A stretch of 64,000 nucleotides of DNA from Candidatus Poribacteria bacterium (GCA_965205015.1 OZ242029.1:3872001-3936000); one strand, 5' to 3'; positions 39,379 through 50,061 are shown, numbered from the stretch's first letter. A program made the numbers and translations. Notes: generated by a model not told the origin, from the sequence alone.

Positions 39379-41271
39379 TCATGGGAAAAGCGTGTACATG
39401 TTCATATTTAACACCACACCTATCAAGCTCCAGAGGCTCCCCGCGAGGAACTGACCGAATACGAAACCCAAAAATAGCGGCAATGCGCTGCGATAGGCGC
39501 GTACCCCACCCCCTGTAAAAAGTAACTGCTTGAAGAGCCACCCCAAAAATATTGAGAACCACATCCAACCGATAGCCCAACCGTTCCCGACAGCATAGCC
39601 GACAGGATAAAGGGGCCACCACAAAAATTGACGTTTCAGAAATGTGAGCACACCGGTGAACAGAAAACCAGATACTATATGTTGGATAGCCGGTAGATTC
39701 GGTGCCCGCGGCGCGATAATCCAGCTTTGCAAGCGGTTAAACTCACCGACCCCCCAGTGTGCGAATCGGTATTCATAATAGAGTGCCACATGTCCAACAA
39801 TCGAAATGATCGTCCCCACAATTGATGCCACAATCAGAGCCACAACCAACCGATTCTCGCGCAAACGGAAGTGCCTACCGATTTTGAATGCCTCTAACTG
39901 ATGTGGCATCGGATGGCAGCGATACCCATACGCAAGCCATGAGAGGAGAGTCGTATTGGTTAAGTTTTGCGCGCCCAAGGGACGACTTCCTGCGAACAGC
40001 AACATAATTCTGTCCGGATGCACATTGTGGAGTTCATGTGTCGGAGGACCGAGTTCAGCGCGCATACGTGTCATCCCCAGACATAACACCAAATAGATAC
40101 TGAAATAACCGAGTACAACCCACGGCGACAATCCGGCGAAATACCAGAATACCAACACAAGTGCCATACCAATTATCAATCCGAAGACAGCGAGCCGATA
40201 TAAGCCGTCCTTGGATCTAAAGGAAAATACACCCCCGAGGACTTGAAGAATCTGTCGCCGACTTGTGACAAGGGCAAGTGTTCCAATGCCGAGCCATGCC
40301 CCGGCGCGTTGCTCCGTTTGTAAGCCGATGGCGGTCGTCCACCCCGTTGCGCTGAAAAAGACGCGCTGCGCACCCCAAAATAGGTAGAAAAACCAAAATG
40401 ACAACGACAACTCCAACGGCATGAGATACCCAAATCCAATCGCGAATGGATAGACGTAAACAGGCAAACGTCCGACTGCGTTCCACGGACGTTCAGAAAA
40501 GTAGAGTTGATACTTGATCTTGAGTGCAGGTATCACAGGGAAAAGGTAGTTCAACCCCGCCAGAATCTCCAGTCCAAATGCGATGCCGAAACCGAGCCAA
40601 AACAACTGATTGCGAAAAAGCGTAGACGTATTCCCGAGCAATTCGACAGGAAGTGTCGTCAAAGGATAACTCAGTTTCTCGTGGTCAATCCACTGTCTCC
40701 TGATGATAATATTGACACACAGCATCATAAACAGGATGACAATCACCAAACCACTCCACGCCACAATGGGCCACATCCATGCATTTAGGTAGTGTTCCTG
40801 CCAAAACGTATCATCCCCTTCAAAGTAGCCTTGTAGAATCCCCCGATCGGTAATCGTTAGCCACGTGGGCATGAACCGAAAAAAGAGATCTGACCATTCA
40901 TTTTCGGGTGTGGCAAACCAGCCGGCATTGGCAATCATCGGCACTAACTGTCGAACGATGTCGTGTCCCGCGAGCGCGGTTGCTACGGATACCATCGTAT
41001 ACGTCAGTGCGAGTTCACGTGCTGTCGGCGCGAAGCCTCTAAAAACTTGTTTGAGGAGCGGTGTGATGAGCGCGAGTAAAAAAAAGGTGAAGAGAACCGT
41101 CGGAAAGATAGAGAAGTCGGTCAGTTCCCATACAACCCTGTTTTCTGCGGAGATAATCCAATAACAGGTGAGGACAATAAGGATCGAACCGAAGACAAGC
41201 GTCCCGAAAAGAAAACGGAGTACTGAGGATTTCTGGTTGCTCTCATTTGTGAGTGGTGCTCTGTGCCGCAT
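39379..41271 (-). CDS. DUF6785/DUF6784-like polytopic membrane protein, paralog 3
   Basis: GHD, WFATPENEW, RRQW.DHEKL.YP, RAELGPP and HPMPHQLEAFK motifs. Confidence 0.75.
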   Translation of the reverse strand: MRHRAPLTNESNQKSSVLRFLFGTLVFGSILIVLTCYWIISAENRVVWELTDFSIFPTVLFTFFLLALITPLLKQVFRGFAPTARELALTYTMVSVATALAGHDIVRQLVPMIANAGWFATPENEWSDLFFRFMPTWLTITDRGILQGYFEGDDTFWQEHYLNAWMWPIVAWSGLVIVILFMMLCVNIIIRRQWIDHEKLSYPLTTLPVELLGNTSTLFRNQLFWLGFGIAFGLEILAGLNYLFPVIPALKIKYQLYFSERPWNAVGRLPVYVYPFAIGFGYLMPLELSLSFWFFYLFWGAQRVFFSATGWTTAIGLQTEQRAGAWLGIGTLALVTSRRQILQVLGGVFSFRSKDGLYRLAVFGLIIGMALVLVFWYFAGLSPWVVLGYFSIYLVLCLGMTRMRAELGPPTHELHNVHPDRIMLLFAGSRPLGAQNLTNTTLLSWLAYGYRCHPMPHQLEAFKIGRHFRLRENRLVVALIVASIVGTIISIVGHVALYYEYRFAHWGVGEFNRLQSWIIAPRAPNLPAIQHIVSGFLFTGVLTFLKRQFLWWPLYPVGYAVGNGWAIGWMWFSIFLGWLFKQLLFTGGGVRAYRSALPLFLGFVFGQFLAGSLWSLIGVVLNMNMYTLFP

Positions 41272-41342
41272 AAGTATAGTATACCATATTTTCTGATGTC
41301 AATACAGAGGATATGCTCATGCGAAGTTCTATAGGCTCAGAT

Positions 41343-41371
41343 TTGCCATCTCTTTCGTTTTGTGTTAAAAT
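41343..41371 (+). promoter_or_regulatory. Sigma70-type promoter
   Basis: TTGCCA-17 bp-TAAAAT with an extended TG. Confidence 0.55.
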
Positions 41372-41407
41372 AAAGGACACTTTAACTTCGCAGGCAAAGG
41401 AAAAACC

Positions 41408-42472
41408 GTGCTATCCTATCCCGTGAGAAATGGCGATTTACTTCCTAATATTGATAAAATACTCGTCATCCGTGTTGATGGGATCGGAGATTTGCTGAAC
41501 TCGACCCCAGCGATCGCGTTGTTGCGAGAAAACTATCCATCCGCGGAAATCACAGTATTAGCGCGCCCGCTTAATGCATCGGTGCTTATCGGTAATCCCG
41601 ATGTAGACAGGGTTCTGATCTTTGATCGGGAGGGAAAACACCGAGGGGTTTTAGCACAATTCCGATTCTACCGCGAGGTACGCCGTGAGCGGTATCAACT
41701 CGTCGTTGCCATACAGACAGCAATGTGGTCTCATCTCGTTGCTTTTCTTTCGGGTGCGCCATACCGTTTGGGACGTTATCAGAAACGCTTCAAATCCACC
41801 CTCACACACGCGTGGCGCGGTAAATACTTAAAAGGCGAAACCCACGAAGTCGACAGGAACTTAGAACTCGTTCGATTCATCTGTCAGGGAGAAGGTCAGC
41901 CGAAACTTATATTCCACTTGTTGCCCGATGAGATCGCCACGGCGAAAGCACGGCTTACATCGTGGGATATCGGGGACGAGTCATTTCTCATCGGCATCCA
42001 TCCTGGCGGCAGTTCGTTCGATAAACGCTGGCCCGAAATGCAGTATGCTGAGCTCGCGGATAGACTGGCGTCCCACTACAACGCGACAATACTCCTTCTA
42101 CGGGGTCCCGGGGAAGAGGCATTAACGGACAAGATTCAGAAAGCGATGCAGTCCGCTGCTATTGTGCACGCGCCGGAAACAATTCGCGAATTAGGGGCAC
42201 TGCTCTCCTGTTGCGACTTGGTCGTCTGTAACGATTCCGGTCCGATGCACCTCGCTGCAGCATTAGACGTACCGACGGTGGCAATCTTCGGTCCGACGGA
42301 TCATGTGGCGTGGCGTCCGTTGAGTGAAAACGCCTCTATCGTACGGCGGGATATGCCGTGCTGGCCCTGTAGCGCACATAAGTGTAAAATCGGCTGGGAA
42401 TGCACGAAAAAACTTCCCATTGAACCGGTTTGGAATGCAGCGGCGACAGCCGTAGAAACGAGACGAAAATGA
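41408..42472 (+). CDS. Glycosyltransferase family 9 (LPS heptosyltransferase-like)
   Basis: R.DGIGD, HPGG...KRWP, NDSGPMHLAAA and FGPT motifs. Confidence 0.92.
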   Translation: MLSYPVRNGDLLPNIDKILVIRVDGIGDLLNSTPAIALLRENYPSAEITVLARPLNASVLIGNPDVDRVLIFDREGKHRGVLAQFRFYREVRRERYQLVVAIQTAMWSHLVAFLSGAPYRLGRYQKRFKSTLTHAWRGKYLKGETHEVDRNLELVRFICQGEGQPKLIFHLLPDEIATAKARLTSWDIGDESFLIGIHPGGSSFDKRWPEMQYAELADRLASHYNATILLLRGPGEEALTDKIQKAMQSAAIVHAPETIRELGALLSCCDLVVCNDSGPMHLAAALDVPTVAIFGPTDHVAWRPLSENASIVRRDMPCWPCSAHKCKIGWECTKKLPIEPVWNAAATAVETRRK

Positions 42473-43701
42473 AGATTGTCGTAGTCGGGTGGGGCTCAAC
42501 GGGAGATGTCTATCCCATTTTAGCACTATCGGAACGCCTACTTGAAAGAGGTCATCAGGTGCGCGTCTGTGCACCAGGACTTTATAGGGACAAGATTCTT
42601 GAGATCGGCACGGAATTCCACGAGATAGGGGTCGCTTTTGACTTGGCAGAATTTCACACGGCAATGGATGCGATTATCCCGAAGCGCGACCCGACGGCGA
42701 TGCTACGGCTCATCGTAGAGGAAGGGATTGTGCGCCGTGGTGGACAGTGGCATCAGGATTGTTTGAGCGCCATGAAGGGGTTTGATATGGTCATCTGCCA
42801 TTCTGTGGACATCCCTGCCCAAGAGGCTGCGATTCGCACTGGTATCCCGTGGCTGACTGTAACGTATTGTCCCGGTTTCATCAAATCGCTCGACTTCGCG
42901 CCGCATCCATTTCCAAACTGGGGACGCACCTTCAACGCCATTGTATGGAAACTGGCACAACTTCGTCTTGCTTCAAGTATAGACGTGCTTTTCAATCAAT
43001 TCATCGCGTCTGTCGGTGGAGAACCGCGGACTTCAGTCGCATTAGATGGGATGTACTCACCACACCTGAACCTCATCGCTGCATCGCCATCTCTCTGTCC
43101 ACCAAGTGACTTCCCATCGAATCACAAATTCACGGGGGTGTGGCATCTCGCGTCGCCTTCGTATACCCCACCCTCTGAACTTGTCAATTTTTTAGCGGAG
43201 GGTCCACCACCTGTTATTATTTCGTTTGGCTCTATGGGAGGCTCCAATGGACGTGAGACCACGGAAATCTTGATTGACGCTATTAGAAAGACGAACCAAC
43301 GTGCAATCGTTCAAGCCGGATGGGGACAACTCGGGACTGAAGGTGCCCTCCCTGATATCTTCTGCACGGAGTATGTTCCACACCAATGGCTGTTTCCGAA
43401 GGGGTGTTGTGTTGTGCACCACGGCGGTGCCGGAACAACGGCATCCGTGTGTCGCGCCAAAGTTCCTTCTGTCGTTGTCGCGCACCACGCAGATCAACCG
43501 TATTGGGGAAAACGTTTGTCAGGCTTAGGGGTCGCCCCGCGGCATCTACACCGTCGAAGCCTTACTGCCAAACGTTTGGCGAAACGGATTCAAAAAGTAC
43601 TGGCTACACCCGCTATGAAAGAGCGAGTGGAGGTTTTAGGAACACAGATGGAAACAGAAGATGGTTTGACTGCAGCTGTTGACCTGATTGAATCTTTTTA
43701 A
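42469..43701 (+). CDS. GT1/GT28 glycosyltransferase (sterol 3-beta-glucosyltransferase-like)
   Basis: GSTGDVYP, SFGSM, VPHQWLF, HHGGAGTT and DQ.YW motifs; ATGA overlap with the preceding gene. Confidence 0.85.
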   Translation: MKIVVVGWGSTGDVYPILALSERLLERGHQVRVCAPGLYRDKILEIGTEFHEIGVAFDLAEFHTAMDAIIPKRDPTAMLRLIVEEGIVRRGGQWHQDCLSAMKGFDMVICHSVDIPAQEAAIRTGIPWLTVTYCPGFIKSLDFAPHPFPNWGRTFNAIVWKLAQLRLASSIDVLFNQFIASVGGEPRTSVALDGMYSPHLNLIAASPSLCPPSDFPSNHKFTGVWHLASPSYTPPSELVNFLAEGPPPVIISFGSMGGSNGRETTEILIDAIRKTNQRAIVQAGWGQLGTEGALPDIFCTEYVPHQWLFPKGCCVVHHGGAGTTASVCRAKVPSVVVAHHADQPYWGKRLSGLGVAPRHLHRRSLTAKRLAKRIQKVLATPAMKERVEVLGTQMETEDGLTAAVDLIESF

Positions 43702-43899
43702 CGAGGGCAGGCATCGGGTACTGGAGAGGGGCAATTGCTCCGAAACGGAAACCCTTCGCGAGGTAAAAGCGGAATAGGAGAAAGCAAAAGAGATGCCGGC
43801 GCATGATGTCAAAGCTGAACTGGCAGAACAGGACGCAGTGGCTCGATATAAAGACGGAAAACCGACGAAATTGAGATAGGAAAAAAAGGAGTTAGAAAA

Positions 43900-44406
43900 A
43901 TGCTAAACTTGTTTGACATTCCAATGCACGACAGAGAAGGCTTTATTGAGGCTTTAGAAAAACTTGAGGCAAAAACAACCGATGTTGCGTGGGAGTTTTT
44001 GGAGTCTGAGATCCCTGGCGTTGCTGAGGATGACGCGTTCGACGGGTTGTGCTGGTTTGAGATCGCCGAAGAAGCACTTGACTTAACCCTGAAAGAAATA
44101 TTGGCGCTCACAACTTTTGACCCTATGGGTATCAGTAGCGACGCGATGGACATGCAGGGACGGGATCCGCTCAGTGACGTGCAGTATCTTCACAAGCTTT
44201 ATGAATGGTGGGAGGTATTACAAAAAGATCGCGAAACACTTGAGAACCTTTTTCAAAACAAAGCCGTTTCTGAAATACTTGAGGAAATACACACCGTTCT
44301 AAAAGTCCATAGTATCCCTTTTGGTAGCATAGAGAGCGTTCACAGGTTCTGTGACAACGCAATGCGGGAAGCGATGGATGCGTGGTTAAAGGACGAGAAG
44401 CGTTAA
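43900..44406 (+). CDS. Hypothetical acidic protein
   Basis: 168-aa ORF with strong SD AAGGAG. Confidence 0.7.
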   Translation: MLNLFDIPMHDREGFIEALEKLEAKTTDVAWEFLESEIPGVAEDDAFDGLCWFEIAEEALDLTLKEILALTTFDPMGISSDAMDMQGRDPLSDVQYLHKLYEWWEVLQKDRETLENLFQNKAVSEILEEIHTVLKVHSIPFGSIESVHRFCDNAMREAMDAWLKDEKR

Positions 44407-44471
44407 ACCCTCTCCCCTTCAGTTATTTGCGCAATTTGCGTAAGTCCTGATAAAAAAACCTTTCGTAAAAA

Positions 44472-45491
44472 ATGCTGAAGAAAATTCTCGTCTTTAGTTT
44501 CTCATTTATCGGTGATGCAGTGCTGTCCACTGCTGTTATCCAACCCTTGCGAAAACATTTCCCAGATGCCCACATTACCTTCCTTGTCGGACCGCGCGCG
44601 TTTGACCTCCTTGCGACTGACCCCAACATCGACGCAACGCTCGTTTATGACAATCGAGGCGAACACGCCGGTTGGAAAGGGAGGCTGCGTCTCATCAGAA
44701 CCTTACGACTTGAGAAATTCGACCTCGTTGTTAACCTACGGGACAGTCTCATGGCGCGGTGTATCGGGGCGGAACATTGGGGGATGGCGCGCGGTGAGAG
44801 CAATCGCCATGCTGTCACTCGATATTTGGAAGTGCTTCAGAGGCAAGACGTCGACACAACCAATGCACATCCACTCGTAGCATTGACGGAAACAGAACGG
44901 ACTGCTGCACATAATTTTCTTGTTGAGACAGGTCTTAAGTCGGAACGATTGTTAATCGGGATCCATCCTGGTGGGAACTGGGAATATAAGTTGTGGGATG
45001 GAAAGAACTATGCGGATGTTGCGAGTATTTTAGCAGAGAAGTTAGACGCAGCGATTTTACTCTTTGCGGGTCCGAATGAGCACGCACTCCAAGCGCAGGT
45101 CGCGGAAAAGATGGATGTCCCACCCATTCTCGTCAAAACAGACGATCTTCGACACCTCGCGGCACTCCTCTCTGCGTGTGATGTGTATATTGGAAATGAC
45201 ACAGGACCGATGCATATCGCGGCAGCAGTCGGTACACTTGTCGTCGCGCTTTTCGGTTCAACGAACCACATTCGGAGCGGTCCCTACGGGGACGCACATA
45301 CAGTTTTGCAGAGCGGGATAAATCTGGGGTGTAATCCTTGCCATCCGGGAAGGCATCCGGGAGGCTGCGGTGCCGGTAGTTGCGCAGTGATTGCGGGGAT
45401 TACAGTAGGACAGGTATTGGAAGCGATGGAGAGTTATATTTCCTCAGTCTCAATTCCTAATGCCCGTAAATTCCCTTTAAGTTCCTCGTAA
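44472..45491 (+). CDS. Glycosyltransferase family 9 (heptosyltransferase-like)
   Basis: FIGDAVL, HPGG..YKLW, NDTGPMHIAAA and FGST motifs. Confidence 0.92.
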   Translation: MLKKILVFSFSFIGDAVLSTAVIQPLRKHFPDAHITFLVGPRAFDLLATDPNIDATLVYDNRGEHAGWKGRLRLIRTLRLEKFDLVVNLRDSLMARCIGAEHWGMARGESNRHAVTRYLEVLQRQDVDTTNAHPLVALTETERTAAHNFLVETGLKSERLLIGIHPGGNWEYKLWDGKNYADVASILAEKLDAAILLFAGPNEHALQAQVAEKMDVPPILVKTDDLRHLAALLSACDVYIGNDTGPMHIAAAVGTLVVALFGSTNHIRSGPYGDAHTVLQSGINLGCNPCHPGRHPGGCGAGSCAVIAGITVGQVLEAMESYISSVSIPNARKFPLSSS

Positions 45492-45634
45492 GCCTCCTAT
45501 GAGATTTCACCAGCGGAAGGACAGCGTTACAATTGAGATTTTGACAAGGTAGGATGTAAGTCCAGATATAAGCGTGGACATCGGATCCGTCAGGTTCTTG
45601 GCGAATAAACATTATCCCTGTGAACATGGCGGGT

Positions 45635-45865
45635 CTAAATTTCTGCCAATAGCCTAAAGTATTGCTCTCTGCTCATTCCAACGGTTCGCATATTGTTTCT
45701 GATAAGGGTAACGGGGATCTCGTCGTAACATGGAATGACGACAGCACGTTTAGCATCGGGATGGTGATAGATAAGATGGGATCCTTTTTGCCTAACGTAG
45801 AGACACCCAAATTCTTCAAAAATTTTAACTTGGGTTCGCCAGTCTGTTGGCGAAAGTCTCGACAT
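45635..45865 (-). CDS. hicA: HicA family toxin
   Basis: RQKGSH...VVIP; 76-aa basic protein coupled to the upstream antitoxin. Confidence 0.85.
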   Translation of the reverse strand: MSRLSPTDWRTQVKIFEEFGCLYVRQKGSHLIYHHPDAKRAVVIPCYDEIPVTLIRNNMRTVGMSREQYFRLLAEI

Positions 45866-46149
45866 TAAAAAACTCCCAGAGGAACAGTGCGCTGATTAAA
45901 GGCAATCACTTGTTTATCAAGTTGAAGCGTGGATTGCGGGGTATTCAAATCGTAACCGGCATCTTCTAAAAATGCCTTGAGTGTTCCGAGTCTCGCGGAT
46001 TCCTCCAGTTGAATCTCGATGACTTCAAGGAGGTTACTTCGTGCTTCTTCAATGTCCCTTCCGCAACTCACAACGTCCAACTCCGGACAGTAGGCGGTGT
46101 ACATGTTGCCTTCCTTCCAAATTTCTTCTGTTACTACAAGGTTCTTCAT
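45865..46149 (-). CDS. hicB: HicB family antitoxin
   Basis: YTAYCPELDVVSCG..IEEARSNL.E.I motif; SD AGGAG before the ATG at 46149; TAATG overlap with hicA. Confidence 0.85.
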   Translation of the reverse strand: MKNLVVTEEIWKEGNMYTAYCPELDVVSCGRDIEEARSNLLEVIEIQLEESARLGTLKAFLEDAGYDLNTPQSTLQLDKQVIAFNQRTVPLGVF

Positions 46150-46166
46150 TATAGTCTCCTTATTTA

Positions 46167-46631
46167 TTACGTTCCACCACCGATTACCAATAGACAAATT
46201 CCAATTACCAATAACGCTGAAAAACAGACAAAGAAAATAGTTGGTACAAAAGTTTCAACGACAGTCAGTCGCCAATAGGTTTTCTGCTCTCTGCCTTCGG
46301 TGAGTAGATCCCATTCGCGTTTGAAAAAGGGATAGATAAGTTTTTCTTCCAATTCATGTAACGCTTTAAATTTACCGGAATTCAGTTGGCGGTAAGAACG
46401 GATGACAATATACCACGCTGAAGCTAAAAACATACCAAACAGTCCGAAACCTACCATAAGCCATTCGAGTGGTACTCCGTTTTTGCGCTGTAAAAAGGCA
46501 GAAAAAAGCACTGCTAATCCGGACAAAACCAGCATATAAAAACGGTTTGCGGTTCCCCGTTGCCTGCTGACGCTATCGGCGAGTTCTGCGTGTAGTTTGT
46601 AGATTTCTAAGAGTTCCTGTTTTTCATCCAT
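46167..46631 (-). CDS. Small 3-TM membrane protein (resembles the family annotated as RipA-like octameric membrane protein)
   Basis: LLEIYKL..E.AD..S..R..AN.FY, W...I.SY.QLN..KF..L.ELE..L....F..EW and LT.VE..VP..F pattern. Family name is from recall. Confidence 0.65.
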   Translation of the reverse strand: MDEKQELLEIYKLHAELADSVSRQRGTANRFYMLVLSGLAVLFSAFLQRKNGVPLEWLMVGFGLFGMFLASAWYIVIRSYRQLNSGKFKALHELEEKLIYPFFKREWDLLTEGREQKTYWRLTVVETFVPTIFFVCFSALLVIGICLLVIGGGT

Positions 46632-46636
46632 ATTTG

Positions 46637-48904
46637 CTAGCTCCTGGATGGTAGAGATGATGCTTTCTGTGTTCCAACGGGCAATTTCTTCCACTGCAGC
46701 CGGAGGCTATTCAACACAACAGATACACTGCTAAACGCCATCGCGAACGCCGCAAGCATCGGGTGGAGTTCCCGAAACATCATCGGTACGAAAGATAGTG
46801 GATACAGCGCGCCTGCTGCAACAGGGATTAAAAGCACATTGTAGAAGAACGCCCAGAAAAGGTTCTGCTTAATCGTGCGCATCGTCGAGCGGCTGAGCCG
46901 AATTGCTTCGGGAAGTCCACGTAAATCGCTGTGCATGAGTGTCACGTGCGCTGTCTCCCTGGCAATATCGGTGCCTGTGCCGAGTGAGATGCCGATATCG
47001 GCTTGTGCCAATGCAGGGGTATCGTTGATGCCGTCGCCGACCATCGCGACGAGTCCACTATTTTCCGTCTGTAACTTTTTAACGGCTGCTGCTTTATCTT
47101 CGGGTTTGAGTTCCGCCATGACATCGCCGATCCGCGTCGCCTTGGCGATTGCATCAGCTGTAACACGGTTATCTCCTGTCATCATTACGACAGTACATCC
47201 AAGTTCGTAGAGTTCCGAGACTACGGCTTGCGCTTCCGATTTTAAGGTGTCGGCGACCGCCAGCAGCCCTACAAGGTGTCCATCAATGGCGACCCATAGG
47301 ACGGTTTTCGCCTCGGTCTGTAGACGCGCTGCGTCTTCTTCAAATTTCCTGGTCGGAATGTTGTGCTGTTGAATTAAGGGTAGATTACCGATGATGACAC
47401 TGTTTTCACCGACCTGTGCGGTGATACCGTGTCCAGTGACGGCTTCAAATTGACTCGGTGTCGCGATATCCAATCCACGGTCCTTAGCTGCTTGGACAAC
47501 TGCTTTTCCGATGGGATGTTCACTGCCACGCTCCGCAGCGGCAGCGAGTTGTAGAAGTTCCGATGCGTCTGTATCCGTGAGAATATCGGTAAGCCTGAGT
47601 TTCCCCTCCGTTAAAGTGCCTGTTTTATCGAGGACGATTGTGGTTAAGTCTCCTGCGCGTTCGAGGGCTTCGCCGTTTCGGAAGAGGATGCCGCGCTGCG
47701 CGCCGATACCGGTTCCCATCATAACGGCGGTTGGGGTGGCGAGTCCCAATGCACACGGGCAGGCTGTGACGAGGATTGCGACTAAACGGAGCATTGCTGG
47801 GGTGAACCCTGCTCCAATAAGGAACCACCACACGAGAAACGTCACAATGGCGATCCCAGAGACAATAGGCACAAACACATTTGTGACTGCATCGGCGGCG
47901 CGTTGGATAGGGGGTTTGCTCTGTTGTGTTGTTTGGACCAATTGGACAAGACGGGCAAGTGCCGTTTCTGCTCCAATATGCGTGGCTTCCATTGTGAGCA
48001 TTCCGCTCTGATTCATCGTCGCTGCGGTCACAGGATCGCCGGGTCCCTTATCGACGGGCATGCTTTCTCCGGTGAAGACGCTTTCATCAATGGCGCTTTT
48101 GCCGCTGCGCACTACACCATCAACAGGAATACTTTCGCCGGGACGCACGAGAAGAACATCGCCTATGCCGACCTGTTCAATCGGAATGTGTTGTTCTTCG
48201 CCGTTTTTTAGGCGACACGCGATTTGGGGGGAAAGTTGGGGGAGTTTTTTCAGGGCTGCGTTTATCTTACCTTTGGCGCGGGCTTCGATCAGTTTCCCTA
48301 ACTTAATCAACGTAATGATAACGGCGGCTGTCTCAAAATAGACGTGGGTTCCAAAGCGCGTCCCTGCGTCCATCCCCAATGCAATCGTTACAACGAGGCT
48401 ATAGAGGAAGGCTACGGATGACCCCATAGCGACGAGGACATCCATATTGGCGGATCCGTTGCGCAAGGCTTTAATACCACCAATATAATAGTCCCAAGCA
48501 ACGTAACCCTGCACCGGTAATGCTAAGCCAAACATGAGCCAGTTAACCCAGCCTGCTGATGCCCACGCGCCTAACAGATTCATATCTCTACCCATGCTGA
48601 GGAGAAAAAGTGGGAGCGTGAAGATGACCCCAACAATGAATTGCCTCTTTTGGTGTCGAAATTCCGCAGCGCGCGCAGCGTCTTCTTCACCTTCATCGAC
48701 AACGTCAAAACCGAGATCTCGGATCTTATCGACGATGGTTTCCTCGCTGAGCGTGGACGCATCAAAGGTAACCGCCGCATATTCAGTGGCAAGACTAACT
48801 TCTGCGGCAAGGACACCCTCCATCTTTTTCAGATGTCGTGTGATGGTGCTTGTACAGTTTTCGCAGTGCATCCCTGTGATGGGGAGGTTAATTTGGTGTT
48901 CCAT
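46637..48904 (-). CDS. copA: Cu(I)-translocating P1B-type ATPase
   Basis: GMHCENC metal-binding domain, [29 protein letters not shown] and MAFSS. Confidence 0.93.
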   Translation of the reverse strand: MEHQINLPITGMHCENCTSTITRHLKKMEGVLAAEVSLATEYAAVTFDASTLSEETIVDKIRDLGFDVVDEGEEDAARAAEFRHQKRQFIVGVIFTLPLFLLSMGRDMNLLGAWASAGWVNWLMFGLALPVQGYVAWDYYIGGIKALRNGSANMDVLVAMGSSVAFLYSLVVTIALGMDAGTRFGTHVYFETAAVIITLIKLGKLIEARAKGKINAALKKLPQLSPQIACRLKNGEEQHIPIEQVGIGDVLLVRPGESIPVDGVVRSGKSAIDESVFTGESMPVDKGPGDPVTAATMNQSGMLTMEATHIGAETALARLVQLVQTTQQSKPPIQRAADAVTNVFVPIVSGIAIVTFLVWWFLIGAGFTPAMLRLVAILVTACPCALGLATPTAVMMGTGIGAQRGILFRNGEALERAGDLTTIVLDKTGTLTEGKLRLTDILTDTDASELLQLAAAAERGSEHPIGKAVVQAAKDRGLDIATPSQFEAVTGHGITAQVGENSVIIGNLPLIQQHNIPTRKFEEDAARLQTEAKTVLWVAIDGHLVGLLAVADTLKSEAQAVVSELYELGCTVVMMTGDNRVTADAIAKATRIGDVMAELKPEDKAAAVKKLQTENSGLVAMVGDGINDTPALAQADIGISLGTGTDIARETAHVTLMHSDLRGLPEAIRLSRSTMRTIKQNLFWAFFYNVLLIPVAAGALYPLSFVPMMFRELHPMLAAFAMAFSSVSVVLNSLRLQWKKLPVGTQKASSLPSRS

Positions 48905-48912
48905 TTTTTAAT

Positions 48913-48994
48913 GGTTATCGGTAGTCGGTTATTGGTAGTCGGTTAAGAGAAGGTGTTTCCCTGGTTAAATTAGATCTCTCTTTAACCGATAACC
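48913..48994. repeat. Heptamer-array inverted-repeat element
   Basis: GGTTATC GGTAGTC GGTTATT GGTAGTC GGTTAAG ... TTAACCGATAACC. Confidence 0.7.
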
Positions 48995-49092
48995 CGCAGC
49001 CAATAGTTAATTGCTAATGGTCTCTTTACCAATTTTAGCACATCGCGAGCAAGAGATGCAAGGAAGGAATATAATAAGCAAAAGTCTCTCAG

Positions 49093-50061
49093 TTAGCCTA
49101 AGTGGACGGGTAGACCCGTTTCAAGAGATTCGTTGGCTGCGATGGACAAAATAGCGGTTTTGGCGGCATCCGAATAGGGAGAGCGGATCGCGCTGCCATC
49201 GCCTGTGCGGACTGCTTCAATAAAGGTGCTATCCATATCAATGGTGCAATTGTTTTGCGGATTCCACGTGGTCGTCTCATCAGCCGTGGAGAGCACAAGC
49301 GCACTACGGAGATGGTATTCAAGTGAACCGTCCTCACAAAAGATGTCTAAGCCGGAACGCCGCATCCCATTCGTTGTGAAGCAGGCGGAAAACATAACAC
49401 CGAAGACACCACTCTCGAATTGTAACGAGACGGCAGAGGCTTCCTCAATATCGTAATCGGTATTCGGGATCAGATCGTTGCGTGCGACGGCATAGACGGT
49501 TTTGACTTCACCGAAGAGGTACCTCGCCATATCAAATTCATGTGTTGTCTGCTCCATGAGCTGCCCGCCGGATTTCGCTTTCTCGCGCCACCATCCACCC
49601 GGCATGCCGCCCATCCAATAACCCATGAAGAATCCGACGCGTCGAGAAGCGAGGAGTTCCTGCGCCTTGTCGATAATATCAAGATAGCGTTCCTGATACC
49701 CAGTCGCGGTAATAATCCCCTTTTCTTCGACTTCAGCAGCGATTTCTTTTGCTTCGTCAGCATCCATGTGCACCGGTTTCTCTACAAACATCGGCAGCCC
49801 AGCAGCAATGACTGCACGCTCAGGGGCACCGTGGGCAAACGGCGGAATCGAAATGTAAACAGCATCTAATTCCTCGCTTGCGAGCATCTGATTGTAGTCT
49901 GCATAGGCTTTGCCACCGTATTGGGTGACAGCCTGCTCTGCTTTGTCGATTACAATATCGCAGAAGGCGACGAATTTTGTGCCGCCGATCTCGGTTAATT
50001 CACGCAAGTGGCGGTTCATGTTGCCACCCGTGCCGATAAAACCTAACCTAACATCTGACAT
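49093..50061 (-). CDS. Gfo/Idh/MocA family oxidoreductase
   Basis: GFIGTG, FVEKP and SGGQLMEQTTHEFD motifs. Confidence 0.9.
   Translation of the reverse strand: MSDVRLGFIGTGGNMNRHLRELTEIGGTKFVAFCDIVIDKAEQAVTQYGGKAYADYNQMLASEELDAVYISIPPFAHGAPERAVIAAGLPMFVEKPVHMDADEAKEIAAEVEEKGIITATGYQERYLDIIDKAQELLASRRVGFFMGYWMGGMPGGWWREKAKSGGQLMEQTTHEFDMARYLFGEVKTVYAVARNDLIPNTDYDIEEASAVSLQFESGVFGVMFSACFTTNGMRRSGLDIFCEDGSLEYHLRSALVLSTADETTTWNPQNNCTIDMDSTFIEAVRTGDGSAIRSPYSDAAKTAILSIAANESLETGLPVHLG

Noticed and set aside
43702-43899. Riboswitch-like hairpins and a 28-aa ORF (MPAHDVKAELAEQDAVARYKDGKPTKLR)
   Set aside because: No match to a riboswitch consensus I know, the SD spacing is long, and there is no independent support.
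45430-45634. Possible gene remnant on the minus strand downstream of hicA
   Set aside because: It is short, interrupted by stops, and has no recognisable family.
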